Assembly: GCA_030704615.1 (NCBI GenBank) | Contig: CM060731.1 | Span: forward strand, 80,972,001 to 81,036,000 | Origin: Takakia lepidozioides | Lineage: Eukaryota > Plantae > Bryophyta | Direction: 5' to 3' | Length of the DNA: 64,000 nt | In this document: positions 1 to 13,984 of the stretch, piece by piece | Position numbering within the stretch: position 1 is the stretch's first letter | How the letters are laid out: every line of letters begins with the position of its first letter | Program-made: the position numbers and the translations under genes | The notes under the pieces: generated by a model | Seen by the model: the letters and a program-made list of their open reading frames with translations, nothing else | Told to the model about the DNA's origin: nothing | Database searches by the model: none

Positions 1-93
1 ACAATGCCCGGATCTTGATTTCTTGAACTGCAGGAGCTCTGCCGCCATCGTTCACCTTGCAAGCTGCAAGCTCTCAACGAATTGAGGAAATCC

Positions 94-1533
94 ATGCTGA
101 GGTACATTGTAGCCCTGCGTTGTCTTTTACGTTCCTGTCGTCTCTCACCGTCACCCGTTCCTGCATTTTCCCAACGGACCCATATCCCAGAATGCACACA
201 TTGGCCCTCACATGCATCAGGTTTTGCAACGGCGGCGGAGGATGAGGGTTCATCTGCAGGAGCTTCGTCCTGGATGCAGAGGCTGAAGAGTGTGTTCAAG
301 AGCAAGACACCTTCATCAGATTCTTCCCAATCGGATACTTCTAAAGAAAAGTCTGTGTCTCAGCATGACCTTACAATGGAAAGTGAGTGCCATTCTACTG
401 TGTCGCTAGGTGCTCTGCTACAGATTCAACAATCTAATATCATAAAAGGCCCTCACTTGCACAATGTGACTGCTGGGAGTTGATCAGTATGAACCGTTGG
501 ATCACTTTGTTTATTTATTGCAAAGGACACTTCACGAATTTCTTAGCTGAATGAAATGATGGTGCAGACAAGTCTGCTTCTGGTACCAATTTGGCTTATA
601 GGAGACAATGGCGGATATGCTTCTTCCAGCAACATGCGACTGCGGGAAGGAACCCAGTAGGTGTAAATTGGAGACTGAAGAGACAATACCCTAAAGCCTA
701 GACTGGGCCTGCATTACGATGATTCGCAATATAGGACACCAGTATAACAGAGGGGGGGATGTGGAAACTGGCCGATGGTTTCCGCCGGGAATGTAAGTCT
801 TTCGTGGGAAGAGTAACAGTGATCAAACAAGCAAGAAATTTTATGTCTTCTTTCAATGAGTGCTTGAAGACCCCAGATTGAGAGCCAATCCTGTAGTTTG
901 CAGCCACGGTGGTCAGAGGTTGGAAATTAGCCCAATAACCGGTTTAGTACAAGTATGTACTCGATTTGTGAATCTTTATTTGAAATCTGGCTCTGCCTCT
1001 CAACAGATTTTCTTTGTGTTGTACAGATTTTGCAGATGAGTTGAAGAAGGCACGCCAGTTTGGAAGTCTAACGACATTTGGACGCGACCTGCCCAGAGGG
1101 GGTGAAGTATCAGCTGTAAAATCCCTTGAGAGACAGGAGGGGATTCTTCGATCCCTAGCCCGTCATGACCCTCTGATATGCTTTTTCATTACATCTGAAT
1201 TTGGTTGCTACAGGAAAGTCTGTTTCAATGTTTAATGAGAGCACCAACCTTCAGAAGTGGTAAACAGTTAAAGAGGGCTGCATACTACTGGACGGCCAGG
1301 CTTGCAAGTGAGCACACGATGTCTTCAGAAAGTAAGCAAGGGGCATGGGGCTGGGCATGGTGTGGGTCCAGCGAGTTGGAGAGCTGCACAAGGCTAAGGT
1401 GGCAACGGAGTGGGGGTGCACTGTGCGTGATGTTGATGCCGTACTGGCAAAGTACGAGTGGGCAAAGGAGACAAACATGCGTGTGATGAAGCTTAAGGAG
1501 GAAGGCAAGTCGCTTCCTAAGTCTCTTGACGAG
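94..1533 (+). pseudogene. Organelle-targeted SRP54-M-domain-like/SEC-C family protein gene, apparently 3'-truncated (exons ~94-382, 1027-~1175, 1372-1533)
   Basis: N-terminus resembles a transit peptide. GT donor at 383 and AG acceptor at 1026 join to give ...DLTMENFADELKKAR. Exon 3 reads HKAKVATEWGCTVRDVDAVLAKYEWAKE...GKSLPKSLDE followed by GT. This resembles, from memory, the plant protein with FADELKNAR...GKPLPK and a C-terminal SEC-C motif. No clear donor for exon 2 and no SEC-C exon seen downstream. Confidence 0.55.
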
Positions 1534-1679
1534 GTTAGCCTCCCGTGTTTGCTGCCTAAGTGCTCTTGTATGTTTTTGTTATGCTCTGGCAGCTGCATTC
1601 TCTTCTCAAAATCTCTCCTCCCGCTGTCTCACCAATGGCTTTCCACTGTTTGCCTGTTTCCTACCGTCTTTTAATACCG

Positions 1680-4600
1680 CGACGATTGCAGGATATGCAC
1701 AGCAAGTATGCAGGATGGAGGCTTTGGAGACCTATGAGCAATTGATGTGCGAAGGGGTGAAGCCCAACCGCAACACATTTGTTTGTGTTTGCAATGCGTG
1801 TGCAAGCCTAGGAGCTCTGGGAAAGGGGAAAGAGGTCCATGGTGACATCGTTAAAGCTGGATTTGTACCAGATGTCATCCTGAACACTGCCCTGGTGGAC
1901 ATGTATGCCAAATGTGGGTGCATGAAGGATGCGAAAGGAGTTTTCAAATGGCTGAACAAGATGTGGTGTCGTGGAACGCGATGCTTGCAGGGTATGCACA
2001 GCAGGGGCGTGGGATGGAGGCTTTGGAGACCTATGAGCAAATGATGGGGGAAGGGGTGAAGCCCGACCACATCACGTTTGTGTGCGTTTGCAATGCGTGT
2101 GCAAGCCTGGCAGCCCTGGAAAAGGGCAAAGAGGTGCATGGTTGCATCGCCAAAGCTGGAACTATCCAGGTGTGATCCTGAACACTGCCCTGGTGGACAT
2201 GTATGCCAAATGTGGGAGCATTGAGGATGCAGAGGGAGTGTTCAACAACATGGCTGAACGAGATTTATTGTTGTGGAACGTGATGCTTGCAGGATATGCA
2301 CAGCAGGGCATGGGATGGAGGACTTGGAGACCTATGAGCAAATGATGGGGGAAGGGGTGAAGCGCGACCACATCACGTTTGTGTGCGTTTGCAGTGTGTG
2401 TGCAAGCCTGGCAGCCTTGGAAAAGGGCAAAGAGGTGCATGGTTGCATCGAGCTGGAATTGTACAGATGTGATTCTGAACAATACCCTCGTGGACATGTA
2501 TGCCAAATGTGGGAGCATTGAGGATGCGGAGGGAATGTTCAACAATATGGCTGAACGAGATTTGGTGTCATGGAACGCTATGCTTGCAGGGTATGCACAG
2601 CAGGGGCGCGGGATGGAGGCCTTGGATCATACCTATGAGCAAATGATGGGGGAAGGGGTGAAATGCAACCACATCACGTTTGTGAGCGTTTGCAATGCTT
2701 GTGCAAGCGTGGCAGCCCTGGAAAAGGGCAAAGGGGTGTATGGTGACATCATCAAAGCTGGAATTGTACCAAGGTTGCAATGCGTGTGTAAGCCTGGGAG
2801 CCCTGGAACATGGGAAAGAGGTCCATGGTGACATCGTCAAAGCTGGAATTGCACCAGATTCATCCTGAACACTGCCCTAGTGGACATAGGCCAAATGTGT
2901 GTGGATTGAGGATGCAAAGGGAGTTTTCAACACTATGGTTGAAAGAAATGTGGTGTCGTGGAACGCTATGCTTGCAGGGTATGCACAGCAGGGGCACGGG
3001 ATGGAGGCTTTGGAGACCTATGAACAAATGATGGGGGAAGTGGTGAAGCCCTCATGGAGTGCAATGATTGCAGGATATGCTCAACATGGATCTGGTACAG
3101 AGGCATTCAAAATGTATGAGCAAATGCTGCGCGAAGGGGTGAAGCCCAACCACATCACATTTGTTTGGGTTTGCAAAGCGTATGAAAGCCTGGGAGCCCT
3201 GGAAAAACAAGGACAATGTGGTGAGGGCACCTTCTTTGTCGACCTATTTCAGCCTGTTTTGCGCTCTCATCAGACTCAGCCCTGAGATGCATATTGAATT
3301 CTGTAAGTTAGCTCGTTGGGTGGATCTATGGTGGTTTGGAATGACTTTGACAAGTAACTGCCGATGTGGCAGCAGGAAAGTATCCAAAAACAGATAACAG
3401 AGATGAGGATCTACCAAGCATGGGTGTGGTACGAATGCTTTGGAGACCTATGAGCAAATGATGCATGAAGAGGTGAAGCCCAACCACATCACGTTTGTGC
3501 CCTGGCGGATAGGTATGCCAAATGTGGGTGCATTGTCAGACCTGCAATTGTACAAAATATCATTCAGAACAATACCCTTGTGGACATGTATGAAGAGAGT
3601 GTTTGACAGTATGGCTGAACGAGATGTTGTGTCGTGGAGTGCGATGATTGCAGGATATGCACAGCAAGGGTGCGGGATGGAGGCTTTAGAGATCTAGGAG
3701 CAAATGTTGCGCGAAGGGGCGAAGCCCGACCACATCACATTGTTTGTGTTTGCAATGCGTGTGCAAGCCTGGGAGCTCTGGAAAAGTGGAAAGAGGTCCG
3801 TGGTGACATCGTCCAAGCTGGAATTGTATCAGATGTCATTCTGAACACTGCCCTGGTGGACAGGTATGCCAAATGTGGGTGCATTGTCAGACCTGCAATT
3901 GTACAAAATGTCATTCAGAACAATACCCTTGTGGACATGTATGAAGGGAGTGTTCGACAATATGGCTGAACGAGATGTTGTGTCGTGGAGTGCGATGATT
4001 GCAGGATATGCACAGCAAGGGTGCGGGATGGAGGCTTTAGAGATCTAGGAGCAAATGTTGTGCGAAGGGGTGAAGCCCAACCACATCACATTTGTTTGTG
4101 TTTACAATGCGTGTGCAAGCCTGGGAGCTCTGGAAAAAGGGAAAGAGGTCCGTGGTGACATTGTCCAAGCTGGAATTGTAGCAGATGTCATTCTGAACAC
4201 TGCCCTGGTGGACAGGTATGCCAAATGTGGGTGCATTGTCAGACTTGCAATTGTATCATTCAGAACAATACCCTTGTGGACATGTATGAAGGGAGTTTTC
4301 GACAGTATGGCTGAACGAGATGTGGTGTCGTGGAGTACGATGATTGCAGGATATGCACAGCAAGGGTGCGGGATGGAGGCTTTAGAGACCTAGGAGCAAA
4401 TGTTGTGCGAAGGGGCGAAGCCCAACCACATCACATTTGTTTGTGTTTGCAATGCGTGTGCAAGCCTGGGAGCTCTGGAGTGGACATGTATGACAAATGT
4501 GGGTGCATTAAGGATACGAAGGGAGTTAATTTCAACACCATGGCTGAACGAGATGTGGTGTCGTGGAACGCGATGCTTGCAGGGGTATGCACAGCAAGGG

Positions 4601-7083
4601 CGTGGGATGGAGACTTCGGAGACCTATAAGCAAATGATGGGGGAAGGGGTGAAGCCACATCACGTTTGTGTGCGTTTGCAGTTCGTGTGCAAGCCTGGCA
4701 GCCCTGGAAAAGGGCAAAGAGGTGCATGGTTGCATCGCCAAAGCTAGAATTGTACCAGATGTGATTCTGAACAATACCCTCGTGGACATGTATGCCAAAT
4801 GTGGATGCATTAAAGATGCGGATGAAGTGTTCAACAGTATGGCTGAACGAGATTTCGTGCCATGGAATGCCATGCTTGCAAGATATGCACAGCAGGGGCG
4901 CGAGATGGAGGCCTTGGAGACCTATGAGCAAATGATGGGTAAGGGGTGAAGTGCGACCACATCACGTTTGTGTGCATTTGCAATGCTTGTGCAAGCCTGG
5001 CAGCCCTGGAAAAGGGAAAAGGGTGCATGGTGACATCATCAAAGCTGGAATTGTACCAAGGTTGCAATGTGTGTGCAAACCTGGGAGCCCTGGAAAATGG
5101 AAAAGAGGTCCATGGTGACATCGTCAATGCTGGAATTGCACCAGATTCATCCTGAACACTGCCCTGATGGACATATGCCAAATGTGGGTGGATCGAGGAT
5201 GCGAAGGGAGTTTTCAACACTGTGGTTGTAAGAAATGTGGTGTCGTGGAACGCTATGCTTGTAGGGTATGCATAGCAGGGGCACGGGATGGAGGCTTTGG
5301 AGACCTATGAACAAATGATGGGGGAAGTGGTGAAGCCCTCATGGAGTGCAATGATTGCAGGATATTAAAGTGGAGAACAGCCCTCTTGACGCCAAATGTG
5401 GGAGCGGAAAAGATGCACGTCAGGTTTTCGACAAAATGCCTGAACGAGATGTGGTCTCATGGAATGCCATGATTACAGGATATGCTGAGCATGGCTATGC
5501 TGAAGAGGTTTTCAAGATACAAGCAAATGGAACTGGACGCGATGACACCGAACAGGGTTACGTTCGTTTCTGTTGTCAATGCATGTGCCAGTCTAGGGGC
5601 CCTAGAAAAGGGCACGCGGGTCCATGCTGATATTAACAAAGCTGGGGTTGTGTCATATATTAACTTGGACAATGTCCTTGTTAACATGTATGCCAAATGT
5701 GGGAGTGTTCACGATGCACGTCAAGTGTTTGAAAATATGGTTCAGCAAGCATGGAATGCCATAATTGCAGGATATGCTCAGCATGGGTGTAGTACAGAGG
5801 CCTTCCAACTATTTGAACAGATGCAGCAGGAAGGCTTGAAGCCAGATGGTATCACCTTCGTTTCTCTTCTCTCTGCTTGTAGGCATGTAGGCCTGGTGGA
5901 TGAAGGCCACCACTTGTTTGGTTCCATGAGTAGAGATCACGGCCTCACTCCTACAGTGGAGCATTTTTGCTGCATTGTGGACCTTCTTGGCCGTGTAGGC
6001 CGATGAGATGAGGCAAAAGAGTTCATCAACAAAGTGCCAATTGAACCAGATGCTCTGGTTTGGGGGACCTTGCTTGCTGCTGCCAGAATTCATGGGGATG
6101 TGGAGGTAGCAATACATGCAGTAAAATCTCTTCTCAAGTGCGATCCCAACCACTATGCAGCTTATGTGCTGCTATCCAACATCTACGCCGCATCTGGCAG
6201 GTGACAATATGACACAACATGATGTGGTTTCATGGAGGACCATGATTGCAACATATGCTCCGCATGAGTATGGCAGGGAGGCTGTTGAGATGTATGAACA
6301 AATGCAAAATAAAGGGTCTAACGCCCAACACAAACAGTATCACCTTTATATGTGTTCTCTCTGCCTGCAGCCGCACTGACCTACTGAATGAAGGAAGATG
6401 CTACTTCGATTCCCTGAGTGAAGATCATGGTATCAATCTGACAGTAAAACACTTTGGCTGCATGGTGGACCTTCTTGGACGTGCGGGACAACTGGATGAG
6501 GCAGTGGACCTGATTAATAAAATGCCAATCAATCCAGATGTTGTGGTGTGGAAGGCCTTGCTTGGTGCCTGCAGAATCCATGGCAATGTGGAGATGGCTG
6601 AATGTGTGGCAACATCTATCCTCAAGTGGGATGAACAGGATGCCACGACTTATGTGGTGTTATATCAAACATCCATGCTGCAGCTGGCAGGTGGGATGAT
6701 ACTGCAAATGTGAGAAGAATGATGAAGGTCAGAGGGGTTAGAAAGGAGCCGGATGACAAGTTGCATCCCAGAATTAAGGAAATCCATGCTGAGCTGAGAA
6801 GATTGTCTGGGTAGATGAAGGAGGCGGGGTATGTGCCTGACACACGCTTTTTATTGCATGATGTGGAGGAAAGGAATTTTCTCTTAGCCGCCACAGTGAG
6901 AAGCTGGCCATTGGTTTTGGGCTGATCAGCACAATTCATCAAAGAATCTTCGAGTGTGTGGAGACTGCCACACCTCCACCAAATTCATCTCAAAGATTGT
7001 TGGCCGAGCAATTGTTGTCTGGGACGCTAACTACTTTCCACCACTTTGAAGATTGGATTTGTTCTTGTGGTGATTACTGGTGA
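1680..7083 (+). pseudogene. PLS-class PPR array with two E-domain segments and a terminal DYW deaminase domain, heavily frameshifted
   Basis: Repeated P (VVSWNAMLAGYAQQG), L (HITFVCVCNACASL) and S (VILNTALVDMYAKCG) motifs. E regions at ~5760-6200 and ~6220-6750. HSEKLA at ~6892, [10 protein letters not shown] at ~6942, CSCGDYW-stop ending 7083. Many frameshifts and stop codons. Confidence 0.9.
3205..3410 (+). repeat. Non-PPR insert in the PPR array, a copy of the PDF-motif gene segment at ~14617-14820 (-)
   Basis: Near-identical to the reverse complement of ~14617-14820. Partial copy at ~8980-9075 and a diverged copy at ~14045-14225. Confidence 0.8.
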
Positions 7084-7781
7084 AAGGATGTTTTCTTGGA
7101 AAGATGCTAGTGTCTTGCTTCATTCATTGATCTATGTAGCTACTCAGACCATCCACCATTTCCTGATAGTGGGGTCTACCCGGCATAGGTAGGAAGTCAG
7201 CCCACAATTGCACTTGACTGAAGGGGTGATTTTTTACTGATTCTGGTGACAGTGGATGGAAATCAGAGTGCTGTCCTAATTCTGGGTTTGGGTGGTGGAG
7301 CTTCTCCAAAGCTTGAAGATGGAAGTGAATACGAAATTTAATGAGCTTGATGAGAGGGGCAGCCCTGTGCACAAGCTTTTAGTTTGTCAAAAGCTAGCGT
7401 TAACCCGCCAAGATCCAATCCTATGGTGGATGCTTGAAAGTTCATACAATGAATGTAAGGGTATTTGGGTATGTTGATATTGATTGATGTGGCTTGTGAA
7501 AATTGAACATTGAAATGCAGATCCGCCATTTTTCTTCCGGGAAAAACAAAACATGGGATCTCTGCATGTAACACAGTGGGGATGACCCACCCTTTTTTTG
7601 TGAAAAATTGAACGTAGTTATCATAATTTGTTGCTAGTAGTGCGGAGCAACGCGAAGCCCTAGTTTTGATGCATTCTACAAGAGACAGACAAAGACTTAT
7701 GGGAGCCTGCTGAAATGCCCGCTTCCGTTCAAAATGTCCAGTGCCTCTTGCAGTTTCCTGCCTTACATGGTGGCTTCACAT

Positions 7782-8371
7782 CCACACACATAGCCAAGGA
7801 GTACTTGTGGACCCTCTCTTGGACAGCTTTCGAAACATGTGTTCAAGGTGGAGGTGCCTGATTCAAAAAATGGTGCCTGAGGCAATCCTGCCGTATATGG
7901 CTGGGAGCTCCATGCTGTACATGGTTGTCAGAATCAGTGCAGAATTGTGTTCGACCTTGTATAATAGCTGCTATATCTGTTGTCACCCAAGGAGGGTGCA
8001 TCCAATCCTCTATCAAAGCATGTCATATGTGTGCTTATGTCTGAAGTCCGGTGATCTTGGCCGCTTCTGCAAAAACAACGATTGGGCAGCTGAGTAACAG
8101 CCATAGCTTAATAATACTGAAGGACGAGAGACCATAGGCTTAAGAGGAAAAGCTACCAACAGTCAGTAGCTCAGTTGGTAAAGTGCACTGAGTGCCATCC
8201 GGATGACCCTGGGGTCAAATCCTGCTACTTGACGGGTGTGGTACGCTCTTCTCCCCCTTCCCTGCGCGGTGTCGCATTTGAAAGCCTTATGGCGAGGTTA
8301 CTGAGAGGTTATTTTCTCCTCTCTATCAAGGGCCTGATTTGTGAGCTGTTGCTCCCAGGTGTTTCCCTTTT

Positions 8372-8402
<31 letters not shown>

Positions 8403-8967
8403 CTAGAATAGCTTACATATCCGTATAAATAAATTCCAGCGACGACATAAGGTCGGAGACTAGTTTAGCGTAGAGCAGATATAGGGTGCCATAGTGCCAA
8501 GTCATCGTCGCCACGTTTTGTCGCCACGTCATCGTCGTCAAATTCGGTAGGCGACTAGTTTAGCGTATATAGGGTGCCATCGTGCCACGTCATCATTGCC
8601 ACGTCATCGTCGTCTGTGTTGGAACTTGGAACCTGCCCAAAGCCCGAAAATAACTGCAGCCCGGGGAAGGGACGATGACGTCCCCGCATCCTTGAGCGCG
8701 GAGGGATTTGTTTCACACACCGATCGCACAGATGGAGACCTTGGCAGATTATGAGTACACTGCAGGAGCTCTCACAACTGGAATTTGCACGATGGTGGGA
8801 CAACCGCAATCGCAAGGTGTGGCTTTTTCTTAATGTACGATGTGACGAAGTTTGTCCATCCTGCAAATGTGGGATCTTGGCTCCTGTTAGCACCACGATT
8901 TGCTATTCTTCCCGATGTTTACAAGGTTCTTGGGAGAGTCAGCTTGGTCTTAGCAGGCCGTGTTTCA
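7782..8967 (+). repeat. Inverted segmental duplication, copy 1 (partner 15428-16348)
   Basis: Reverse-complement match to the partner. The ORF track shows identical peptides at 8555-8896(-)/15498-15812(+) and 8751(+)/15643(-). Confidence 0.9.
8156..8397 (+). mobile_element. tRNA-derived SINE (possibly tRNA-Gly GCC head)
   Basis: A box TAGCTCAGTTGG at 8167, B-box-like GGGTCAAATCC at ~8212, A-rich tail (A8 then GAAAA repeats). Direct repeat AAAAGCTA at 8148-8155 and 8398-8405. Empty site in the inverted paralog at ~15985-15992. Confidence 0.85.
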
Positions 8968-11929
8968 ATCTGTTTGAAGTCTGTAAGTTAGCTCGTTGGG
9001 TGGATCTGTGGTGACTTTGACGAGTTACTGCCGATGTGGTAGCAGGAAAGTATCCAAAACAGATAACAGAGATGAGTAACAGCCATAGCTTCATCCACAC
9101 CCTTGCACAAAGCAGCCTACAACACAAAGTTCCAAGCATCTTTCACATCAGGAAACAACATTGAACAATCTAAGGATAGCAACAGCGGCCCTCTTTCCTG
9201 TTTCTGCATGACAAAACGAGCCTTTGTTCTAAGAAATGGGGAATGGAGATACAAAGAAAATATCGCCTTGCTATGACAAATTCATTCGCGTCCTGTAAGG
9301 CCTCAAACTAATCTCAAGCTCTTGATCCTCTGGCACTCCACCAATCTCCTACAGTTTTAGAAGGCTCACATGTCAAATTCAACAGTAATCTCCCATCTAT
9401 GCTGAGAATGAGGGATGAACCGATTCTTGTCCCCTTCAAAGAATGGAGAAGGCAAAGTTTTGCTGACAGACCAGCAGTGTTTTTACACGTGCACTACTAT
9501 AAATGAATTCAGTTCATCAAGCAATCGCTACAGGAAACTGGAGAATTAGGAAAGCAAAGTTATGCCGTGCAATGGGGTTGTGTGCCTCCTCTTCCTTACA
9601 CAGGTCTGCAAGGCTGGCACTCTTTACCGTCCTGATGATGCGAATGAGCTTCCGGCTGAATCCTGGGGATGCCTCCCAATTCACAGAGAGATCACATTTT
9701 CTCTTCCTGGTATTCTTGCTCAGGTACATTATCAGTTGTGAAGGTTGTCACCAAATTGATCTCTTAGGCCTACTTAGTGTTGCCAGCCGTTGAGGTGAAA
9801 CTGATAGCAGTGGGGAGGCCCTTGTGAATTGGGCTCTCTATGGGAAAGTGGGATGGCCGAGTCCATGAATTGCTGTTTATGGTGACAATGTGGAAAGGAC
9901 AAGCAGGCCATAGATTGGCAACAGCACCTCTTCATTCTTCTAGATGAACCTGCCACAGACCCACGGTACTGTGACTGGAGGAGGTCATAAAGACAAAGAC
10001 TGGGCACTTTCTCCTCCTTCTCAATTGCATCGGATTGTGATTTTATAACAAGGCTCCGGTGCCGTAACGATTGCCAAGCAGAGCGATCGAAAGCAGATCG
10101 GCCCAAAATCTGAGCTCTCATGTATGTGCAAATACACCCACAAACAGACCCAAGATGAATCTGTGACATTGCATGATTGCAAGCAGCAGCGAAGAAAATT
10201 GACACGTAATTTAGAACTATACATAATCCCTCTCCAGAAATTCAGCATCTGAAGTGCGGCATTCAGCTTTTTCTTTTTAAATGTGTCCAAATTATACCTG
10301 CCATGGAGAATTTCTGCCATGGAGTTGTATTGATACCAATGTTGATATACCCCCAATACAAGATTTGAAATTTGCAATACTGATACCATACCATATGAGG
10401 CCAAGCAAAAACAATGTACATACAAGACCGGTACATTAAAAGTTTAATATCTACTTTGATACCATTATCTGCCAGGTATGAAGGAGGCCTCTTCACCGAC
10501 AATACCATACCCTGGCTGGTATGAAATGGTTATGATACCGGTCCAACACTGGTATATTCAAAAGATGAACATTTATTTTATTCCATTTGATCCATTGTAT
10601 GGCAAGCAGACTTGGATCATGAAATGTTGTTTATATGATATCTTTTTTATTTTCAATTGGTTTAGATTTCAGATTGTTTGGATTTTGACTTAATGTCATG
10701 GTTTCTTGAAAAATGAGCTAGAGCAGCTAGAGTCGAGCAAATGAGATAGAAACAGAGATAGAAACAAAGACATCAGGACAAAATGACAAGGAAAAGAAAC
10801 GACAAATCTTGGTCAATAATACACTACATCCCCCAGAATTTTCTCAATGGGCACCTTGCTGGGCTAGCTGCACTTTACTGGCAAGGGGGGCCCAGTAACC
10901 ATCAGAGAGTTCCCAATGAGTTTACTAGGCTCTCACAATGGTATATATTATATATATTGACTAGGACTGTGTCAAGCTGTCAGGCACTCTGGTTGCACAA
11001 TATAAGCTTTGGGTTTATGATTAATGACAAAGCACTTTGTATACTAAAAATATTTTTGTATGTGACATTCTGGTCATATCTTGGGTGCACAAAAACTGTT
11101 TTTATCTGATCTGACTATATCTTTGGTGTCTGTCCATAATGAGCACTAGCTAGGGCGTGGAGGGGGATCTCAACTTGAAAAGCACAAATCTCCTAAACTT
11201 CATTGCATCAGATCTAAGCTCAGTAAAGCAACCATCATGGGAAGGGAGAGTTGCACATATCAATTCCAATCTTTAACATGCCGAGTGGAAATGGGTTTGG
11301 ACAGTTATAGCTGTAAATTCCGAGTCCCAGTTCCACAAGTGACACGGTAGAAATGGTCTGAAAGGTCACTTTACAAAACTTGTACATTGACATGTGGCAT
11401 GTGTACTGCACATTCACTACCAATGCCCATCAGTTTAAAACACCAGTTTAGCTGCTGCTAACAAGACCCAAATGGATGAGTCGTAATCCACTGGCAGAAG
11501 TGCCACTTGAAAAAGGCTTAGCTTACAAATGTTTCTAAGACAACGAGGTAAACTACACCTATGCAAAGTTCGAACCAGTAAAATGCAATGACAATTATCG
11601 TCCTCGCAAAGGCACTACCAACCCTTCCTGTTTGGGATCTGTCTTCCCCTGCACTACTTTGCCAGTGTCATCCTCAGGTGTAACTATTCACAACATACAT
11701 AATACAGTCCACAACCCATGACCAAACTAGGTACCTCCTTGGTCTTGGTGTACATGAACCCAATCAACCATCCACCCGAAGAGTGGGTCCTCAATCACAG
11801 TTTGCACTTACCCACCCTTGAGGTCATCCATGATGGCCTCTCCCATGTCACAGACTGGAAACAAGTTCAGAGAGGGTCAGTGCTTCAGGCTCAGCCTCGA
11901 GATTTTGAAAGATGGTGAACAGAGGTGCA

Positions 11930-12075
11930 GAGACTATATTCTTGATGGTCCTGACAAGGGTCGCTCTCTGATGAGAATACCCCGGACAGTGTAGCAGAAA
12001 ATGGATATTGTCTTCAGGCCACCCTCACATTGGGCATTGACACTCTCCCTTCCTCTCTGCATCTTTTTGAGAAAG
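11930..12075 (-). mobile_element. Short non-LTR retrotransposon 3' fragment related to 20320-20830
   Basis: Local similarity to ~20620-20730 (ccccggacagtgt...tgtcttcagg...ctctccc(t)ttcctctctgc). Confidence 0.55.
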
Positions 12076-12146
12076 AGAGTTAGCACATAACAGGTAGCTA
12101 TATATACTATTCTATGTGTCAAATTGTTGTACAAGGAAGAACAAGC

Positions 12147-13966
12147 TCATGTGAAATGTGATGGGACATACAATTTGTTGTTTAGGCGCTGGTAAAATGC
12201 AGAGAGAACATTCTGCTGCTCAGATGGATCCCACCCAGCTGCAGCATAGATGTTTGATAGCAACAAATAAGTCGCGGCATCCTGTTCATCCCACGTGAGG
12301 ATAGATGTTGCCGCACGTTCAGCCATCTCCACGCCATGGATTCTGCAGGCACCAAGCAAGGCCTTCCACACCACAGCATCTGGATTGATGACATTGTATT
12401 AATCAGGTCCACTGCCTCATCCAGTGGTCCCGCACGTCCAAGAAGGTCCACCATGCAGCCAAAGTGCTTTACTGTCAGAGTGACACCATGATACTTGATT
12501 CAGGGAATCCCAGTAGCGTCTTCCTTCATCCAGTAGGCCAGTGTGGCTGCATGCAGAGAGAACACATATAAAGGTGATACTGTCCAGCTTCAAACCGTTC
12601 TTTTGCATTCCTTCAAATAGTTGCAGGACCTCCCTATGACAACCATGCTGGGCACATCCTGCAATCATCACGTTCCACGACACCACATTTCGTTCAGCCA
12701 TATTGTCAAATACTCCCTTTGCATCCTCAATGCACCCACATTTCAGATACATGTCCAACCATGGCAGTGTCCAGAATGACAATTGGTACAATTCCAGCTT
12801 TGATGATGTCACAGTGCACCTCTTTGCCCTTTTCCAGGGCTGCCAGGCTTGCACAAGCATTGCAAATGCACACAAACGTGAAGTTGTTGCGCTTCACCCC
12901 TTCCCCCATCATTTGCTCATAGGTCTCCAAGGCCTCCATCCCGCGCCCCGCTGTGCATATCCTGCAAGCATGGCGTTCCATGACACCAAATCTCGTTCAG
13001 CCATATTGTTGAACACTCCATCCACATTTGGCATACATGTCCACAAGGGTATTGTTCAGAATCACATCTGGTACATTTCCAGCTTTGACGATGCAACCAT
13101 GGACCTCTTTGTCCTTTTCCAGGGCTGCCAGGCTTGCACACGCACTGCAAACGCACACAAACGTTATGTGGCGGGCTTCACCCCTTCCCCCATCATTTGC
13201 TCATATGTCTCCAAAGCCTCCATCCCGCGCCCCTGCTGTGCACATCCTGCAAGCATCACGTTCCATGACACCACATCTCGTTCAGCCATAGTGTTGAACA
13301 CTCCCTCCGCATCCTCAATGCTCCCACATTTGGCATACATGTCCACGAGGGTATTGCTCAGAATCACATCTGGTACAATTCCAGCTTTGGTGATGCAACC
13401 ATACACCTCTTTGCCCTTTTCCAGGGCTGCCAGGCTTGCACATGCACTGCAAACACACACAAACATGATGTGGTCGAGCTTCACCCCTTCCCCCATCATT
13501 TGCTCATAGGTCTCCAAAGCCCCATCCCGCGCCCCTGCTGTGCACACCCTGCGAGCATCGGTTCCACGACACCACATCTCGTTCAGCCATAGTGTTGAAC
13601 ACTCCCTTAGCATCCTCAAGGCTCCCACAGTCGGCATACATATCCACCAGAGCAGTGTTCAGGATGACATCTGGTACAATTGCAGATTTGATGATGTCGC
13701 CATGGATCTCTTTGCCCTTTTGCAGGGCTGCCAGACGCACTGCAAACACACAAACGTTATGTGGGCGGGCATCACCCCTTCCCCCATCATTTGCTCATAG
13801 GTCTCCAAAGCCTCCATCCCGCACCCCTGCTGTGCATACCCTGCAAGTATCGCACTCCACGACACCACATCTCGTTCAGCCATAGTGTTGAACACTCCCT
13901 TGGCATCCTCGATGCACCCACATTTGGCATACATGTCCACCAGGGCAGTGTTCAGAATGACATCTG
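12147..13966 (-). pseudogene. Second PLS-class PPR array ending in an E domain, no DYW, frameshifted
   Basis: Same P/L/S motifs on the minus strand, then HFGCMVDLLGRAG and VWKALLGACRIHG...ATYLLLSNIYAAAGW, followed by unrelated sequence. Confidence 0.88.
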
Positions 13967-13984
13967 GTAATTTGACAGGCATCC

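Noticed and set aside
8162-8235. Functional tRNA gene
   Set aside because: Degenerate B box and stems, attached body and A tail, TSD and an empty paralogous site all indicate a SINE.
8751-9014. Small Cys-rich protein (CDEVCPSCKC) conserved in two copies
   Set aside because: The identity reflects the recent duplication, and the Cys-rich part lies after the GT donor following WWDNRNRK, so it is probably intron.
8091-9091. 19 bp direct repeat TGAGTAACAGCCATAGCTT as the TSD of a ~1 kb retrocopy
   Set aside because: No poly-A, intron-like sequence is retained, and the inverted paralog runs continuously across the left repeat; more likely repair filler.
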